DNA of 64,000 nucleotides from a virus. The notes beneath the pieces were generated by a model that was given only the letters and a program-made list of their open reading frames with translations, was not told the DNA's origin and did not search any database. The translations under genes were made by a program, and so were the position numbers. Positions 41,942 to 51,356 of the stretch are shown one piece after another. Location of the stretch: positions 1 through 64,000 of IMG/VR virus record IMGVR_UViG_3300035128_000056; one strand, given 5' to 3'. Position 1 is the stretch's first letter, and each line of letters begins with the position of its first letter.

Positions 41942-42363
41942 CAGAACCCACTCCACGACTGGATCATCCAGCCGTTCTCGGGCTTGCCGGCCATCATTTC
42001 CAGCTTCCGCCCGTTGCCCTTCAGTGTCACGACGAACACCGTTGGGCCCTGAATGTACTGCTGCGCTGTCTCCGCGTTCCCGTGGCGCTCTGTCCAGAGT
42101 TGCAGCGCCATCTCGTAGTTGAGCGTTGCGACCACCATCTCGGCGTCGGTCATGGTGTGCGTCTCGTACCTGACGGTCTCTTCATATCCGTCCCAGTCTT
42201 CCTCAATGGTTTCGTACTCACGCTCTGGCGGGCGCGGCTTATGGACTTCGTATGGGCCCTCACGCTGGGTGTCGTACCGGACCTCAATCGACTCGACCCA
42301 TTCGATCCATGACGCGGGGAGGTGCAGTTGTGCGAGTCCTTTGGCGATTGCTGCTCTAGTCAT
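41941..42363 (-). CDS. Hypothetical protein
   Basis: Start at MTRAAIAKGL (ATG 42363, ATGA overlap). 140 aa. Confidence 0.5.
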   Translation of the reverse strand: MTRAAIAKGLAQLHLPASWIEWVESIEVRYDTQREGPYEVHKPRPPEREYETIEEDWDGYEETVRYETHTMTDAEMVVATLNYEMALQLWTERHGNAETAQQYIQGPTVFVVTLKGNGRKLEMMAGKPENGWMIQSWSGF

Positions 42364-42704
42364 TCGACCACTCGCAGTTCCTGCCGTCGCAACACGGCTG
42401 CCAGTTCGCCCCACGTTCTTGCTTCCGCCTTCATGTGGCTGGCGCCCGGGTCCGACGACGCCTCCCAAGACTGGATGCCGGAAGCGGTGCACTCGACCCG
42501 GTAGGAGACCCCCTCGACGTAGCGCCGCGCCGCCATCTCTTCCTCGAGTTGTGCTACGTAATCAGCCAGCGCCTCGATCTCCGCTGGGTCCGGGATGCCG
42601 GGTCCAGTACTCTTCAGGCGCATGGCGATCGATCGAATGGCTCGTGCCAGTGGGTAGCGAGTGAACGGGGGCCGTGTTGTGTCATCAAAATCCGACATAG
42701 ACAT
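42360..42704 (-). CDS. Hypothetical protein
   Basis: 114 aa ORF, co-oriented in the early operon. Confidence 0.5.
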   Translation of the reverse strand: MSMSDFDDTTRPPFTRYPLARAIRSIAMRLKSTGPGIPDPAEIEALADYVAQLEEEMAARRYVEGVSYRVECTASGIQSWEASSDPGASHMKAEARTWGELAAVLRRQELRVVE

Positions 42705-43062
42705 CCTTGTACGTTTCGTACCCGGGCAACCAACACTGCTCCTCGTTATCTTCTCTCCGAACCAGCAGCCACGGCTCGGGGCCCGGGTCTAAATCGAGCG
42801 GGCTTCGTTTCAAAACCCACCAAGCGTCCGCCGTCCAGACTTCGCGCTGCCAGATTTCGACGCTGGTTCTTCCGTGGCCAATGATTCGTGTCCCACGCAG
42901 TTCGATCGTGTCTATGCGCAGCGTCGCCCCGAACTGGGCCGCCACCGTCCTGGTCTTCACCAGGTTGGGATGAGTGACCGCGTCGAAACGTCGCTCTGCG
43001 GATAGCTGGTCCGGGTTCCCTTCGAACGTCGGGATTGGGGTCAGGTCGAACAGAGCTGCCAT
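42685..43062 (-). CDS. Hypothetical protein
   Basis: Start at MAALFDLTPIP (ATG 43062, overlapping the upstream stop). 125 aa. Confidence 0.5.
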   Translation of the reverse strand: MAALFDLTPIPTFEGNPDQLSAERRFDAVTHPNLVKTRTVAAQFGATLRIDTIELRGTRIIGHGRTSVEIWQREVWTADAWWVLKRSPLDLDPGPEPWLLVRREDNEEQCWLPGYETYKDVYVGF

Positions 43063-43946
43063 CAGCAAACCCCTTTCCCGTGCAGCTCGTCGAGGATGGC
43101 GAGCAGGCGGGTGCCCAAAACACGATTGGCCGCAGCACGCGCATCGCTCCACGCCCAGTAAATGGCATCTGCCAGCGTCCTGGCGTTCGCACCCGGCTTC
43201 CCTGCGTCGAGTCGGCTGGCTTCTTGACACAAATCCTCCGCCAGCGCCCGAACGTGGTCGGGCAGATAGCATCCACGCGAGCGATAGTGTCTCGCCAGCA
43301 GCGCGTTCATTGTCGCTACCGTTGGCGGGTCTGGAACGTCAGGTTGTCCGACATCAGAACTCAGACACCAATCTCCTGGCGAGTATTCGTGAATGCAATG
43401 ACGGGTTGCTGATTCGTACTCGCACTCTCCCTCGATAACCCATTCGCCATCCCACCGACTCCCATCATCCAGCGGCGGCAGTCCATCCGTGTCGTCGTCT
43501 GCTACCGCAGGACCAGGCAGCACATCCTCGTGCCCCCGTCGTCCGTCCTCCGGATCGAACGGCGAGTGCATCTCACCAAGCAGCTCTGCCATCTGTTCCG
43601 CTGTTGCATCCTCGCCGGTCTCCCGGTTGACGATGCGGATGCTGTCGGCGCCGTTCCCATCGGTATCATCGCTCGGAATCCACTTCTGTGTTGATCCAAA
43701 CGCCGCAACGTAGACCTGGCCACAGTGGCAACAACTGATGCGCAGGGGTTCTGCTTCGGTGTTCCGCGTGGAGAACCCGCAGTTGCAGCACGTAACCAAT
43801 GAGGGAATGAACGGAACCTTTGGCTCACATACGCTGACCGCCATCGTGAATGGGCTTCCTGTCCCTCGCCATGTGCCCTTGAGCTTTGCAACATACGGCT
43901 TCCGCCATGCCGCGTTGCTGCCGTTCCAGAGGCCGATGTAGCTCAT
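43062..43946 (-). CDS. Hypothetical Cys-rich protein
   Basis: Start at MSYIGLWNGS (ATG 43946, ATGA overlap). CCNCG and CCHCG motifs. Acidic middle region. Confidence 0.5.
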   Translation of the reverse strand: MSYIGLWNGSNAAWRKPYVAKLKGTWRGTGSPFTMAVSVCEPKVPFIPSLVTCCNCGFSTRNTEAEPLRISCCHCGQVYVAAFGSTQKWIPSDDTDGNGADSIRIVNRETGEDATAEQMAELLGEMHSPFDPEDGRRGHEDVLPGPAVADDDTDGLPPLDDGSRWDGEWVIEGECEYESATRHCIHEYSPGDWCLSSDVGQPDVPDPPTVATMNALLARHYRSRGCYLPDHVRALAEDLCQEASRLDAGKPGANARTLADAIYWAWSDARAAANRVLGTRLLAILDELHGKGVC

Positions 43947-44266
43947 GCTCCGGCCATCCTCAGAGCAACCGACTTCATCTCGTCGCGCCATTCAGTATCA
44001 GGAGTCTGATAGGCACTAAACTCTCGCTTCGCTAGCGCCGCCCACGTCGTTATGGTTGGCTCCCACTGGCCCTCCAGACCATAGCAGGAACAGTGCGAGC
44101 CGTTGACCTCATACAGCTTCCCGTCGCGCTCGAACAAAACGAAGGCACTCCCTTCGTAGTCGGCGCACTCGTACACGGCAGCTAGGAGTTTCACGCCATC
44201 CAGTTGGTCCTTGGTGATTTCAAACTCGCTCACGATATCGTCTTCTGTCATCCGAACTAGACCCAT
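43943..44266 (-). CDS. Hypothetical protein
   Basis: Start at MGLVRMTEDD (ATG 44266, GAGGGA RBS). 107 aa. Confidence 0.5.
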   Translation of the reverse strand: MGLVRMTEDDIVSEFEITKDQLDGVKLLAAVYECADYEGSAFVLFERDGKLYEVNGSHCSCYGLEGQWEPTITTWAALAKREFSAYQTPDTEWRDEMKSVALRMAGA

Positions 44267-44592
44267 CGTTCCCTCGCTTTCTCTTCCGCCGACGCCTTGC
44301 ACTCCTCGAGCGTTCCGCCGCCCATTCGCTTGCCTTTCCAGAACCACGACCAGCCATCTCCTCGGTAGTGCTTGGCACACGTCGCAACGTGTTTCCCATT
44401 TGTGTATAGCACGAAGCAACCGTCATCCCACTCGCGCCAATATGGCTCGCGCTTCTTCAGTTCCTTCTCGAGCATGGCGAGCCGTTCTCGGTATGGTGGT
44501 GCCAGCGACTTCCCGAGCCCGGCGCGTTCGATCGTGTCGATGTACGACCTGCACTCCGCGATCTCGCAAATGATGCGTTCCTCAATGGTCAC
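44257..44592 (-). CDS. Hypothetical protein
   Basis: GTG start at 44592 overlapping the upstream TGA (GTGA). 111 aa beginning VTIEERIICEIAE. Confidence 0.45.
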   Translation of the reverse strand: MTIEERIICEIAECRSYIDTIERAGLGKSLAPPYRERLAMLEKELKKREPYWREWDDGCFVLYTNGKHVATCAKHYRGDGWSWFWKGKRMGGGTLEECKASAEEKARERWV

Positions 44593-45032
44593 AGCGTCAC
44601 CTTCAGCAGGTAGCCTGGATGCCGGCTCATCACGGTTCGGTTCGCGTCTGCTTCTATCCGATCCGCTTTCGTCTCCCACCCGTCAGCCACCGCGTTCAAC
44701 GTCTTCATCATAACCACAACTTCCGCAGCTAACAAGTCAACTCTCCGCGCCGCGTGCTCGCGCGGGTAGGTCACGCCGTCGATATGCTTCCAGAGCTCCA
44801 GTTGGGCGTCAATGAGCCGCTCGCGGCCGCGCCTGGCTGCCTCTTCCAGTCCGTAGAGTTGGCGTTCTGACAGGAGGCAACGGCTGGCCTCTCTGTTGAT
44901 GGCAGCGGCAAGCTCCGCATGAATGCCGTGCCCAGGAATCTTCTTCCGAAAGCTGAGATGCGACCGTATTGGGATGTTTCTCCAGGTGAAGCTCTTCTGT
45001 TCCAGCATCTTGCGCGACTCCTCCGGCATCAT
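44589..45032 (-). CDS. Hypothetical protein
   Basis: 147 aa. ATGA overlap with the upstream gene. Confidence 0.5.
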   Translation of the reverse strand: MMPEESRKMLEQKSFTWRNIPIRSHLSFRKKIPGHGIHAELAAAINREASRCLLSERQLYGLEEAARRGRERLIDAQLELWKHIDGVTYPREHAARRVDLLAAEVVVMMKTLNAVADGWETKADRIEADANRTVMSRHPGYLLKVTL

Positions 45033-45358
45033 CTCGCCATCCTACCTTCCCACATCCATCGCTTGTGGCTTCCGCGCGCCCTTATTCGTTGCGTCTTCCG
45101 CCACCCCTTCCTCCGCTCCAGCCTCCGCTTGTTGACGCGATAGTTGCGGTGCCGCTTGACGCCATTCATGAAGCACTCCAGCTCGGCGAATGCCTTTCGG
45201 TTCTTGCGCGTCCGCTCGATGGTCATTGTGGCTGTGCTGGACTCTGGCAAAAACCGAGTGATCGATCGCAACCCCATGTGCTCTGGCTGCATGGTGAACG
45301 CAACATCTGTCACGTTCGCTACCGGCTCCCCGTTGACGTAGATGGTTGCTTCACTCAT
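45029..45358 (-). CDS. Hypothetical basic protein
   Basis: 109 aa with an Arg/Lys-rich C-terminus. Confidence 0.5.
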   Translation of the reverse strand: MSEATIYVNGEPVANVTDVAFTMQPEHMGLRSITRFLPESSTATMTIERTRKNRKAFAELECFMNGVKRHRNYRVNKRRLERRKGWRKTQRIRARGSHKRWMWEGRMAR

Positions 45359-45361
45359 CGA

Positions 45362-45859
45362 TCATTCCTCGTCTCCGCCTTCGTCGGCCGTCAATTCCCA
45401 CGGTTCACCGGTCCTCCCGACTCGCGTCACCTTGTAGACACCATGCGGTCCCTTGGGCTCCGCGTCGAACTCTTCCTGCGTCATCAGTCCCAATGCGACT
45501 GGGTCAAGCTCGACTGTATCGCCTAGTTCAAGCCCGTCTACCTGTGCATAGTCTTCTGGTGCACGAGAGAAGGAAACGGTTGGGCAACGCTTCGGCGGAT
45601 CTCCGTTGACCTTCCTCAACACCTGCGACGCGCCGAGCCCAAAGTCCACAGCAACCATGTCTCCAGGCTCCAGGTCCTCGCCGGCTACACCAATCACGAC
45701 GTTGCGCATCCGACCGCACACGGCCACGCTCAGCGAATCAGACACGCGGGCACGCCACTCCGCCCAGAGACGACCTCGTGTCCACCACCACCGTGGGCGC
45801 ACGCCGAGCTTGCGGAGTGAGCGACGCATGGCGCCACTGGTTGGGGTATTGTTAGTCAT
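45362..45859 (-). CDS. Hypothetical protein with RPRWWWTR motif
   Basis: 165 aa. The N-terminal LGVRPRWWWTRGRLWAEWR is shared with the 4443..4712 product. Confidence 0.5.
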   Translation of the reverse strand: MTNNTPTSGAMRRSLRKLGVRPRWWWTRGRLWAEWRARVSDSLSVAVCGRMRNVVIGVAGEDLEPGDMVAVDFGLGASQVLRKVNGDPPKRCPTVSFSRAPEDYAQVDGLELGDTVELDPVALGLMTQEEFDAEPKGPHGVYKVTRVGRTGEPWELTADEGGDEE

Positions 45860-46158
45860 TCGATGTCGCTCGCTCCCTGGATGAGGCGCTCGCGGCCAGT
45901 GGTTGCGCGTTGTGATAGGTCGGAGTATGGGTCAGTCCTTAGATGGCTGTGCTTCAAGTCGAATCCGTAGCAGGCATCAGATATCCGATCGTCTCCAATC
46001 TCCAGCCTGCCACGAAGCTCCTCATCAGTCTCGGGGTGCGGACCGTTAATGCTCTCGCGTCGTTCGATGCCGTACACCTCGTGCGCCAGCAGGTCGAGGT
46101 ATTCGCCAACTGCCATGGCCTCAATGGTCGCAGTTGCCTCAGCAAGTTCAGTTGCCAT
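45856..46158 (-). CDS. Hypothetical protein
   Basis: Start at MATELAEATA (ATG 46158). 100 aa. Confidence 0.45.
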   Translation of the reverse strand: MATELAEATATIEAMAVGEYLDLLAHEVYGIERRESINGPHPETDEELRGRLEIGDDRISDACYGFDLKHSHLRTDPYSDLSQRATTGRERLIQGASDIE

Positions 46159-46369
46159 TGCGCCTCGCCTCCAGTTCCGCGATCGTCTCCCGCATGTCAT
46201 CATCGCTGTCACACAGGTGCATGGTCAGGCTCACAAAGCCATCCTCGACGTTCCACTCGTTGACGACGGTCAGCTTCGCGTCGCCCTCGGTGCCAACACG
46301 CCGCGCAGCATCGACGACCAGCGCCTTGGCTATCTCCTCGCTGGTGAAGGTGACTCGGCGCCGCATCAC
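46148..46369 (-). CDS. Hypothetical protein
   Basis: 73 aa ORF in the early operon. Confidence 0.45.
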   Translation of the reverse strand: MMRRRVTFTSEEIAKALVVDAARRVGTEGDAKLTVVNEWNVEDGFVSLTMHLCDSDDDMRETIAELEARRNGN

Positions 46370-46432
46370 TCCTCCCTTTCCACAAGCGCGTAAACCAAGT
46401 CAACCGGGAAGCGAAATTCGAATGCAATCCAA

Positions 46433-47161
46433 TCACTCATCACCATCTCCAATCATCTCTAGCACATCATCCCAGGCTTCGGCTCTGGTCCGCCATCGGA
46501 TCGCGCTCTCGTAGTCGCCGTCGTCTGCAGCAGCGTCACGCTCCCGTCGCGCTTCCTCGATCCGCCCGTCTAGGTCCGACCGGAGCTTCGACACGTCGAC
46601 CAGCGGAGTGGGCGGATCTGGACGGCTCTCGGTGTATTCAGTCCAGTGGGTCCAGTCCGTTAGCTCGTAGTCAGCCAGATGGATAGCAACGACAACTTCG
46701 TCATTGGCGTTTTCGTCCCATGCCCAAACCTTGTCATTTCCATCTGGCGGCTCGTCTCTCGTTAAGTGCCAGACCGGAGGCTTCTTGGGCTGCGACTCGG
46801 TGTTCTCCGGCAGCTCTGGCCTCGGTATGACTTGATAGTGGGTATAGCTATCCCAATCCTCCTTCCTAATCCTGCCGTTGGGGAAATCCCACCCAGCAAG
46901 TCGCGCTTTCGCCTGCGTCACCTCGACTGCCATGCGCTCCCATGCCTTGATGTGCCGCTTCTCGAATCCACGGAACGGCCCCCGCAGGTCGTGGCGTGCT
47001 TGATGGCAATCCCGGCAGAGCGGGACGGCACTCGCGTCTGGTGATCGCTGGGCGACTCCGTGGCTTCCGCAATGATGGGCTTCTCCGGCCGGCTCGCGAC
47101 CGCACCCAAGGCATAGTTGCCGACGAACCCAACAGAGATAGTTTCGATCGTCGTTAGCCAT
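46433..47161 (-). CDS. Protein with N-terminal HNH/DUF968-like zinc-binding motif
   Basis: 242 aa. CLGCGREPAGEAHHCGSHG...VPLCRDCHQARH (CxxC..HH..CxxCH..H pattern). Trp/Asp-rich C-terminal half. Confidence 0.35.
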   Translation of the reverse strand: MANDDRNYLCWVRRQLCLGCGREPAGEAHHCGSHGVAQRSPDASAVPLCRDCHQARHDLRGPFRGFEKRHIKAWERMAVEVTQAKARLAGWDFPNGRIRKEDWDSYTHYQVIPRPELPENTESQPKKPPVWHLTRDEPPDGNDKVWAWDENANDEVVVAIHLADYELTDWTHWTEYTESRPDPPTPLVDVSKLRSDLDGRIEEARRERDAAADDGDYESAIRWRTRAEAWDDVLEMIGDGDE

Positions 47162-47726
47162 GTCGTTCGCCCCTGGTTGCCTTGCCAGCTTGTTTGCAGC
47201 GCATCATCGGCATCGGCCGCCTGTACTCCGGTGCCGCCCGCACGCCGCGGTTGCGGAACTCGCCATTCTCGTCGCGGTGATAGTTCGTCAGTTCGCTGTC
47301 TCCAACCAGCGCCCACGTAGACGCCGACGATCCCTGTCTTAGCACTTCTGTTGCCGTCGGCATCTGCTCTGCTTGATACTCGAGCCCGCAGCGACACACG
47401 CCGTCTGGCACTCGGTCGCCCGCATCCTCTGCACCAGGCCGCAGCTTCGACGGTCTGCGCCATGGGAGTCCGCAGCACTGTTCGCAGAACAGCACCGACG
47501 AGTCGCGCTGCTTGTCGCACTCGCGGCACCGATAGCGCCTGCCGTCTCTGCTGGTCTCTGACTCAGCAAACGTTTCAAGCGGCTTGACGCTCTTGCACGC
47601 CGGACAGCGCTTCATGCCATCGTATCGCGTCCTTGCAGCAGCGTAGCACTTGATACAGCGGCCATCACGGCAAGCGTAGTGCAGCTCGAGCTGTCCACAG
47701 TGGCGGCAGATTTTCTGGAGCTTCAT
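47154..47726 (-). CDS. Cys-rich multi-zinc-ribbon protein
   Basis: 190 aa with CRHC, CIKC, CPAC, CREC and CEQCC pairs. Confidence 0.5.
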   Translation of the reverse strand: MKLQKICRHCGQLELHYACRDGRCIKCYAAARTRYDGMKRCPACKSVKPLETFAESETSRDGRRYRCRECDKQRDSSVLFCEQCCGLPWRRPSKLRPGAEDAGDRVPDGVCRCGLEYQAEQMPTATEVLRQGSSASTWALVGDSELTNYHRDENGEFRNRGVRAAPEYRRPMPMMRCKQAGKATRGERHG

Positions 47727-47747
47727 TCACCTACTCCGTCAGCCATT

Positions 47748-47885
47748 CTACGGTAGTGCGCGTAGCAGAGACCGGACCGGTATGCGCGCATGGTGCATGG
47801 ATCGCCAGGAGCTACTGGGGGCACGCCTCTGCTTCTCATGCGCGTCGTGCACAGCGCGTCGGATGAGGCGGCGGGTTGGGTTCAT
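47748..47885 (-). CDS. Small unlisted ORF (45 aa, MNPTRRLIRRAVHDAHEKQRR...)
   Basis: Below the track cutoff. ATG 47885 overlaps the upstream TGA (ATGA). It fills an otherwise empty 155-nt gap. Confidence 0.3.
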   Translation of the reverse strand: MNPTRRLIRRAVHDAHEKQRRAPSSSWRSMHHARIPVRSLLRALP

Positions 47886-48226
47886 GGCGTCACCTCGAGT
47901 TCGCGCAGCAAGTCGTTGATATCGCGAACGACGTCTTCCTGTCCGTCAGCTTCTGCTTCTGCGAGAATCTTGAGCAGTGACTCTCGGTAGCTCCTGCACT
48001 CGGCCGCCCACCAGTCCGCGTATCTGCGTTTCGCCCTGTCTTCGTCGAACTCGAATTCAACACCGCCGTTGCGCCACGGACATTCTTGGGGAGGGACCCG
48101 AAAACCGCCGCCGGGACCGTCGTAGCCCAGTAGTGTGCAGTGGTCACGGTCGCGACTTCTGGCGTTGCTAGAGTCGAATGGGCACGTGTTGCAGAGCGTG
48201 ATCGTTACCTTGTTGGGTGTGCTCAC
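47882..48226 (-). CDS. Hypothetical protein
   Basis: GTG start 48226 overlapping the upstream TGA (GTGA). 114 aa. Confidence 0.45.
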   Translation of the reverse strand: MSTPNKVTITLCNTCPFDSSNARSRDRDHCTLLGYDGPGGGFRVPPQECPWRNGGVEFEFDEDRAKRRYADWWAAECRSYRESLLKILAEAEADGQEDVVRDINDLLRELEVTP

Positions 48227-48747
48227 GGCTTCACCTCTTGGTCGGTGTCGGACTCGATTGGGCCGAGCAACTCCCACGCCCGGAGGAAGTCCTCGTAGCG
48301 CGGCAGTTGGTTCGCTACGAACGGCTGCGGTCCGTTTTCGATGGCTCGGGCCACAGCGTTTGCGAGCGTCATCGGAAGCGCGAATGGGCGCAGCGCTTCA
48401 CGTAGCCGCGCAATCTCGGTCTCCAGGGTAATCCTCGCATCCGTGCTGTCCAGGGTGACGAGAGTTTCCCCGCACTGTGGGCAGTGTAGGTCTTGGCTCT
48501 CCATCTCCGCAATCCGCGCCCGCAGCCGCTTGCATGCGTGGCGGGCTGCCCAGCGGATGCGGAGGGCTATCTTGTTGCCAAGCAGCGGATGATCGATCCA
48601 TCTCAACCTAGCCCAGTGCTCCCAAAAGTCACCTAGCCACCGAGTAACAGGCTGCTCTTCGTCTGAAGCACGGTACAGCGCGTACCCCTTTTCGCCGTGG
48701 CGGTTGATGGTGGACAGTGGCAGCACACGTCGATGTGGATTACGCAC
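48223..48747 (-). CDS. Hypothetical protein with one CxxC zinc-ribbon-like motif
   Basis: 174 aa. HCPQCGETL. Confidence 0.5.
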   Translation of the reverse strand: MRNPHRRVLPLSTINRHGEKGYALYRASDEEQPVTRWLGDFWEHWARLRWIDHPLLGNKIALRIRWAARHACKRLRARIAEMESQDLHCPQCGETLVTLDSTDARITLETEIARLREALRPFALPMTLANAVARAIENGPQPFVANQLPRYEDFLRAWELLGPIESDTDQEVKP

Positions 48748-49177
48748 GGCCAGCCTCTAATCTTTGCATCCACGCATCGAAACGACCTTGCGTCACGGTG
48801 AGCGCAGAAGCCAGAGCGACGCAACTCCCTGACGCCTTCCATGCGACAACATTCCCGTCGTCGTCAGTATCTGGGACTGGCGCTTCCACGACCTGCGGAC
48901 CGGGACCTAGAAAGTCGTCTGGTCCTAACCGCAGTTTGCGAAACTCGCTTGTCTCACTACCTATCCGGTCGAACGTCTCGGCCATGGTCGGAATACGGAA
49001 CGTCCACGAAAGATTGGCGTGAAGCTCGTCAACCAACCGTCGTTCTGAAGTAACCTCAGCGTTCCTCATCATGCGCTCGGAAACATGGCGCACAAAGTCC
49101 CGGGCGGGAGCTTTGTCGAGTTCTTGTTGCGAGATGGAAAACGTATTGTGAAAGCAGCGCAAATTCCTGACCGTCAC
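48740..49177 (-). CDS. Hypothetical protein
   Basis: GTG start 49177 overlapping the upstream TGA. 145 aa. Confidence 0.45.
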   Translation of the reverse strand: MTVRNLRCFHNTFSISQQELDKAPARDFVRHVSERMMRNAEVTSERRLVDELHANLSWTFRIPTMAETFDRIGSETSEFRKLRLGPDDFLGPGPQVVEAPVPDTDDDGNVVAWKASGSCVALASALTVTQGRFDAWMQRLEAGRA

Positions 49178-50190
49178 TTCGTCACCTCCGGGAACTGCGC
49201 CCACTGCACTCCGTCCAGCCTCGGCATGCTCACCTTGCGCCCCCCATCGAGTCGCTGCTTGTAGAAGAAGCTGACGCCTGCAGCGATGCACTGCTCTCGG
49301 ATCGACCGCACCCAGTTCTCGTCCATGGGGCGCGCGCCGGGACCAGCCTCGGCACCAACCACGGTCCAGTCGATCGTTGCCATGTCGCCGTGGTTGACGA
49401 ACCCGTGATCCTCACCGCAACGGCACTGGAATTCCCAAGTTCCACCGCGAAGCACATCGACACGGTGCCGTCCTGGCCAACTGACTCGCTCAAGGTCCAC
49501 CGTTCCAAGAAGTGGCTCGCACGACACCCATCTCACCGCCGCAGGCGTCTTCAGCAGCAGCGGGATGCGCTCGTCGGCGGCCTTCTGATTCTCAACGCTG
49601 ACACCAAGCCAGACGTTGGGTAGGGGCCAGGGAGGGTAACTTGCGCGATCGCTCGGAGGTGGAAGGGCGAATGTCGCCTGTGTTCTTCCACGCTGCAGGT
49701 TTGCTGCGGTCATACAAGCGCGAACCTCTGGCGCGCCATGCACCGGTGCTTTCGATATCCAACCGAACCAGTCCAGCATCCGCCTCGGCCGCTTCGTGAG
49801 AAGCTGGAACGTGTGCTGCGGGCAGGCAGCCATCACGCCGAACACCGCCGCGATCTGCTCGTCCGTCAGCTTCTCGTGAAACAGGTCGCTCATCGAATTG
49901 ACGAAGACCATCCGCGGCTTCCGCCATCGAAGCGGCGCGTCGAGCATCTCGGGGACGAAGCGGACCTCTCCAGTCCAGCGTGAGCGCCCTCGCTTTCCGA
50001 TCGGCAGCAAGTTCTTGGTTGCGACGGTCGTCAGGCCTTCGTATGGCTGCCCTGGCCCGCTGAACCGGTGCGCCTGGCGCTCGGCATAGCAGTTCTCGCA
50101 GCCCTTCGAGACGCGCGAGCAGCCGCGCACGGGATTCCAGGTCTCACCGCGAGTTCCGTCCGGCGACTGGACCCCTCCTGTTGCATTCAC
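49174..50190 (-). CDS. Phage Gp37/Gp68 family (DUF5131) protein
   Basis: 338 aa. The N-terminal ETWNPVRGCSRVSKGCENCYAE is the family signature as recalled. Confidence 0.7.
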   Translation of the reverse strand: MNATGGVQSPDGTRGETWNPVRGCSRVSKGCENCYAERQAHRFSGPGQPYEGLTTVATKNLLPIGKRGRSRWTGEVRFVPEMLDAPLRWRKPRMVFVNSMSDLFHEKLTDEQIAAVFGVMAACPQHTFQLLTKRPRRMLDWFGWISKAPVHGAPEVRACMTAANLQRGRTQATFALPPPSDRASYPPWPLPNVWLGVSVENQKAADERIPLLLKTPAAVRWVSCEPLLGTVDLERVSWPGRHRVDVLRGGTWEFQCRCGEDHGFVNHGDMATIDWTVVGAEAGPGARPMDENWVRSIREQCIAAGVSFFYKQRLDGGRKVSMPRLDGVQWAQFPEVTK

Positions 50191-50510
50191 ACTGCCACCC
50201 GATACCGCACTTCCTGAGCCTTTTTTGGCCCGATGATCGACCCGTGGATCGCGCGCAGGTCATCTCTCCAGATCGTTTCGCGCTCCAGCTTGCTTCTCGC
50301 TTTCGCGACTCCGCTCATCGCAGTAGTGTGGTCGCGGTTGCCAAACGCTTTCCCGATCTCTGGATAGCTAAGTTCCAGCGCGTCACGGCAGATCAGCATC
50401 GCCAACTGCCTGGCTCGCACGGTGGTCCTGCTCCGATGCCTGGCGAGTAGCTCTCGGCGAGTCATCCCGTACTTTGCGGCAACGATTGTCTGTACCTCAG
50501 CAGCGTTCAT
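50187..50510 (-). CDS. Stand-alone DnaA domain IV-like (DnaA-box-binding HTH) protein
   Basis: 107 aa. VRARQLAMLICRDALELSYPEIGKAFGNRDHTTAMSGV closely follows the DnaA C-terminal pattern R-Q-AMYL-R-L---S---IG--FG-RDHTTV. Confidence 0.7.
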   Translation of the reverse strand: MNAAEVQTIVAAKYGMTRRELLARHRSRTTVRARQLAMLICRDALELSYPEIGKAFGNRDHTTAMSGVAKARSKLERETIWRDDLRAIHGSIIGPKKAQEVRYRVAV

Positions 50511-50899
50511 CAGACGGCACTCCTTGGCTTGCCAGCAGAAATCAGATCCTGCCCGCCCCGCAGCGCCGGCTGGATTGCGCCGCGTTGCTCGGCACGGTAA
50601 CGGTCGTCGTCTGTAGGGATGTAACCGAGCGGAGGTGCCTCCGGCGGTACTCCAACGAAGAACGGACCACCATTCACCAAGATCGTGCGCTCCGCTTCTT
50701 CGGCATCACGCGCAATGCCCAAATCAATCTCCGGGTCCGGGTGATATCCGCGTCCTACGTACCCGCACCGTAGGCAGCGGTAGGTTGGGATTCCGCTGCC
50801 GAGTCCGAATGCCCCTCGCTTGTGTGTCGCGCCGCATGACGGGCATTCAAAATGCTGGTGCGGGATTGGTGTTGATGTCCCTGCGTATAACTCACTCAT
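50510..50899 (-). CDS. Hypothetical zinc-ribbon protein
   Basis: 129 aa. CPSCG...CLRCG. Confidence 0.5.
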   Translation of the reverse strand: MSELYAGTSTPIPHQHFECPSCGATHKRGAFGLGSGIPTYRCLRCGYVGRGYHPDPEIDLGIARDAEEAERTILVNGGPFFVGVPPEAPPLGYIPTDDDRYRAEQRGAIQPALRGGQDLISAGKPRSAV

Positions 50900-51128
50900 T
50901 GTCGTTTCCTTTCGTCGGCGGGATTGCCGCTATCGCGGCACCGAAGTCCTGTAGCAACGCACCGACCGAGACGGCTCTCCACTCGCAAATCGAATGTCCA
51001 CCAAGCCTCGACTCCGCGGCGGCATCAGCCACCAAATCAGCCAACGGTCCAGCCGCCACCATGGCGGGTCGAAGGTACGAAAAATGAACCCATCCGGAGC
51101 ACGCATGTCGAGCCGATCGCAACGCCAC
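50892..51128 (-). CDS. Possible small protein (weak)
   Basis: 78 aa track ORF with a GTG start 4 nt after the upstream stop. Moderate GC3. Competing plus-strand ORFs exist. Confidence 0.25.
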   Translation of the reverse strand: MALRSARHACSGWVHFSYLRPAMVAAGPLADLVADAAAESRLGGHSICEWRAVSVGALLQDFGAAIAAIPPTKGNDNE

Positions 51129-51131
51129 TTG

Positions 51132-51356
51132 CTAGTCGCCATCGAATACCCCCAGCAGGTAGGTTGCTGCAGCGTAGGGCACGCCAGGGTCCGGGAACTC
51201 GCCGACGAACGTGGTCAACTCCCCGTTCTCGGCAATCGTCACCTCTCGGATCCCGTCCGTGATCGCGCAGACGATCCGCGGATTGTCGAAGTCGATCAAC
51301 TCCCAACCGTCTGGGAGTTCGCGCTTGGGTGGCGCCGCGGGCTTGTCACTCGCCAT
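51132..51356 (-). CDS. Hypothetical protein
   Basis: Start at MASDKPAAPP (ATG 51356). 74 aa. Confidence 0.45.
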   Translation of the reverse strand: MASDKPAAPPKRELPDGWELIDFDNPRIVCAITDGIREVTIAENGELTTFVGEFPDPGVPYAAATYLLGVFDGD

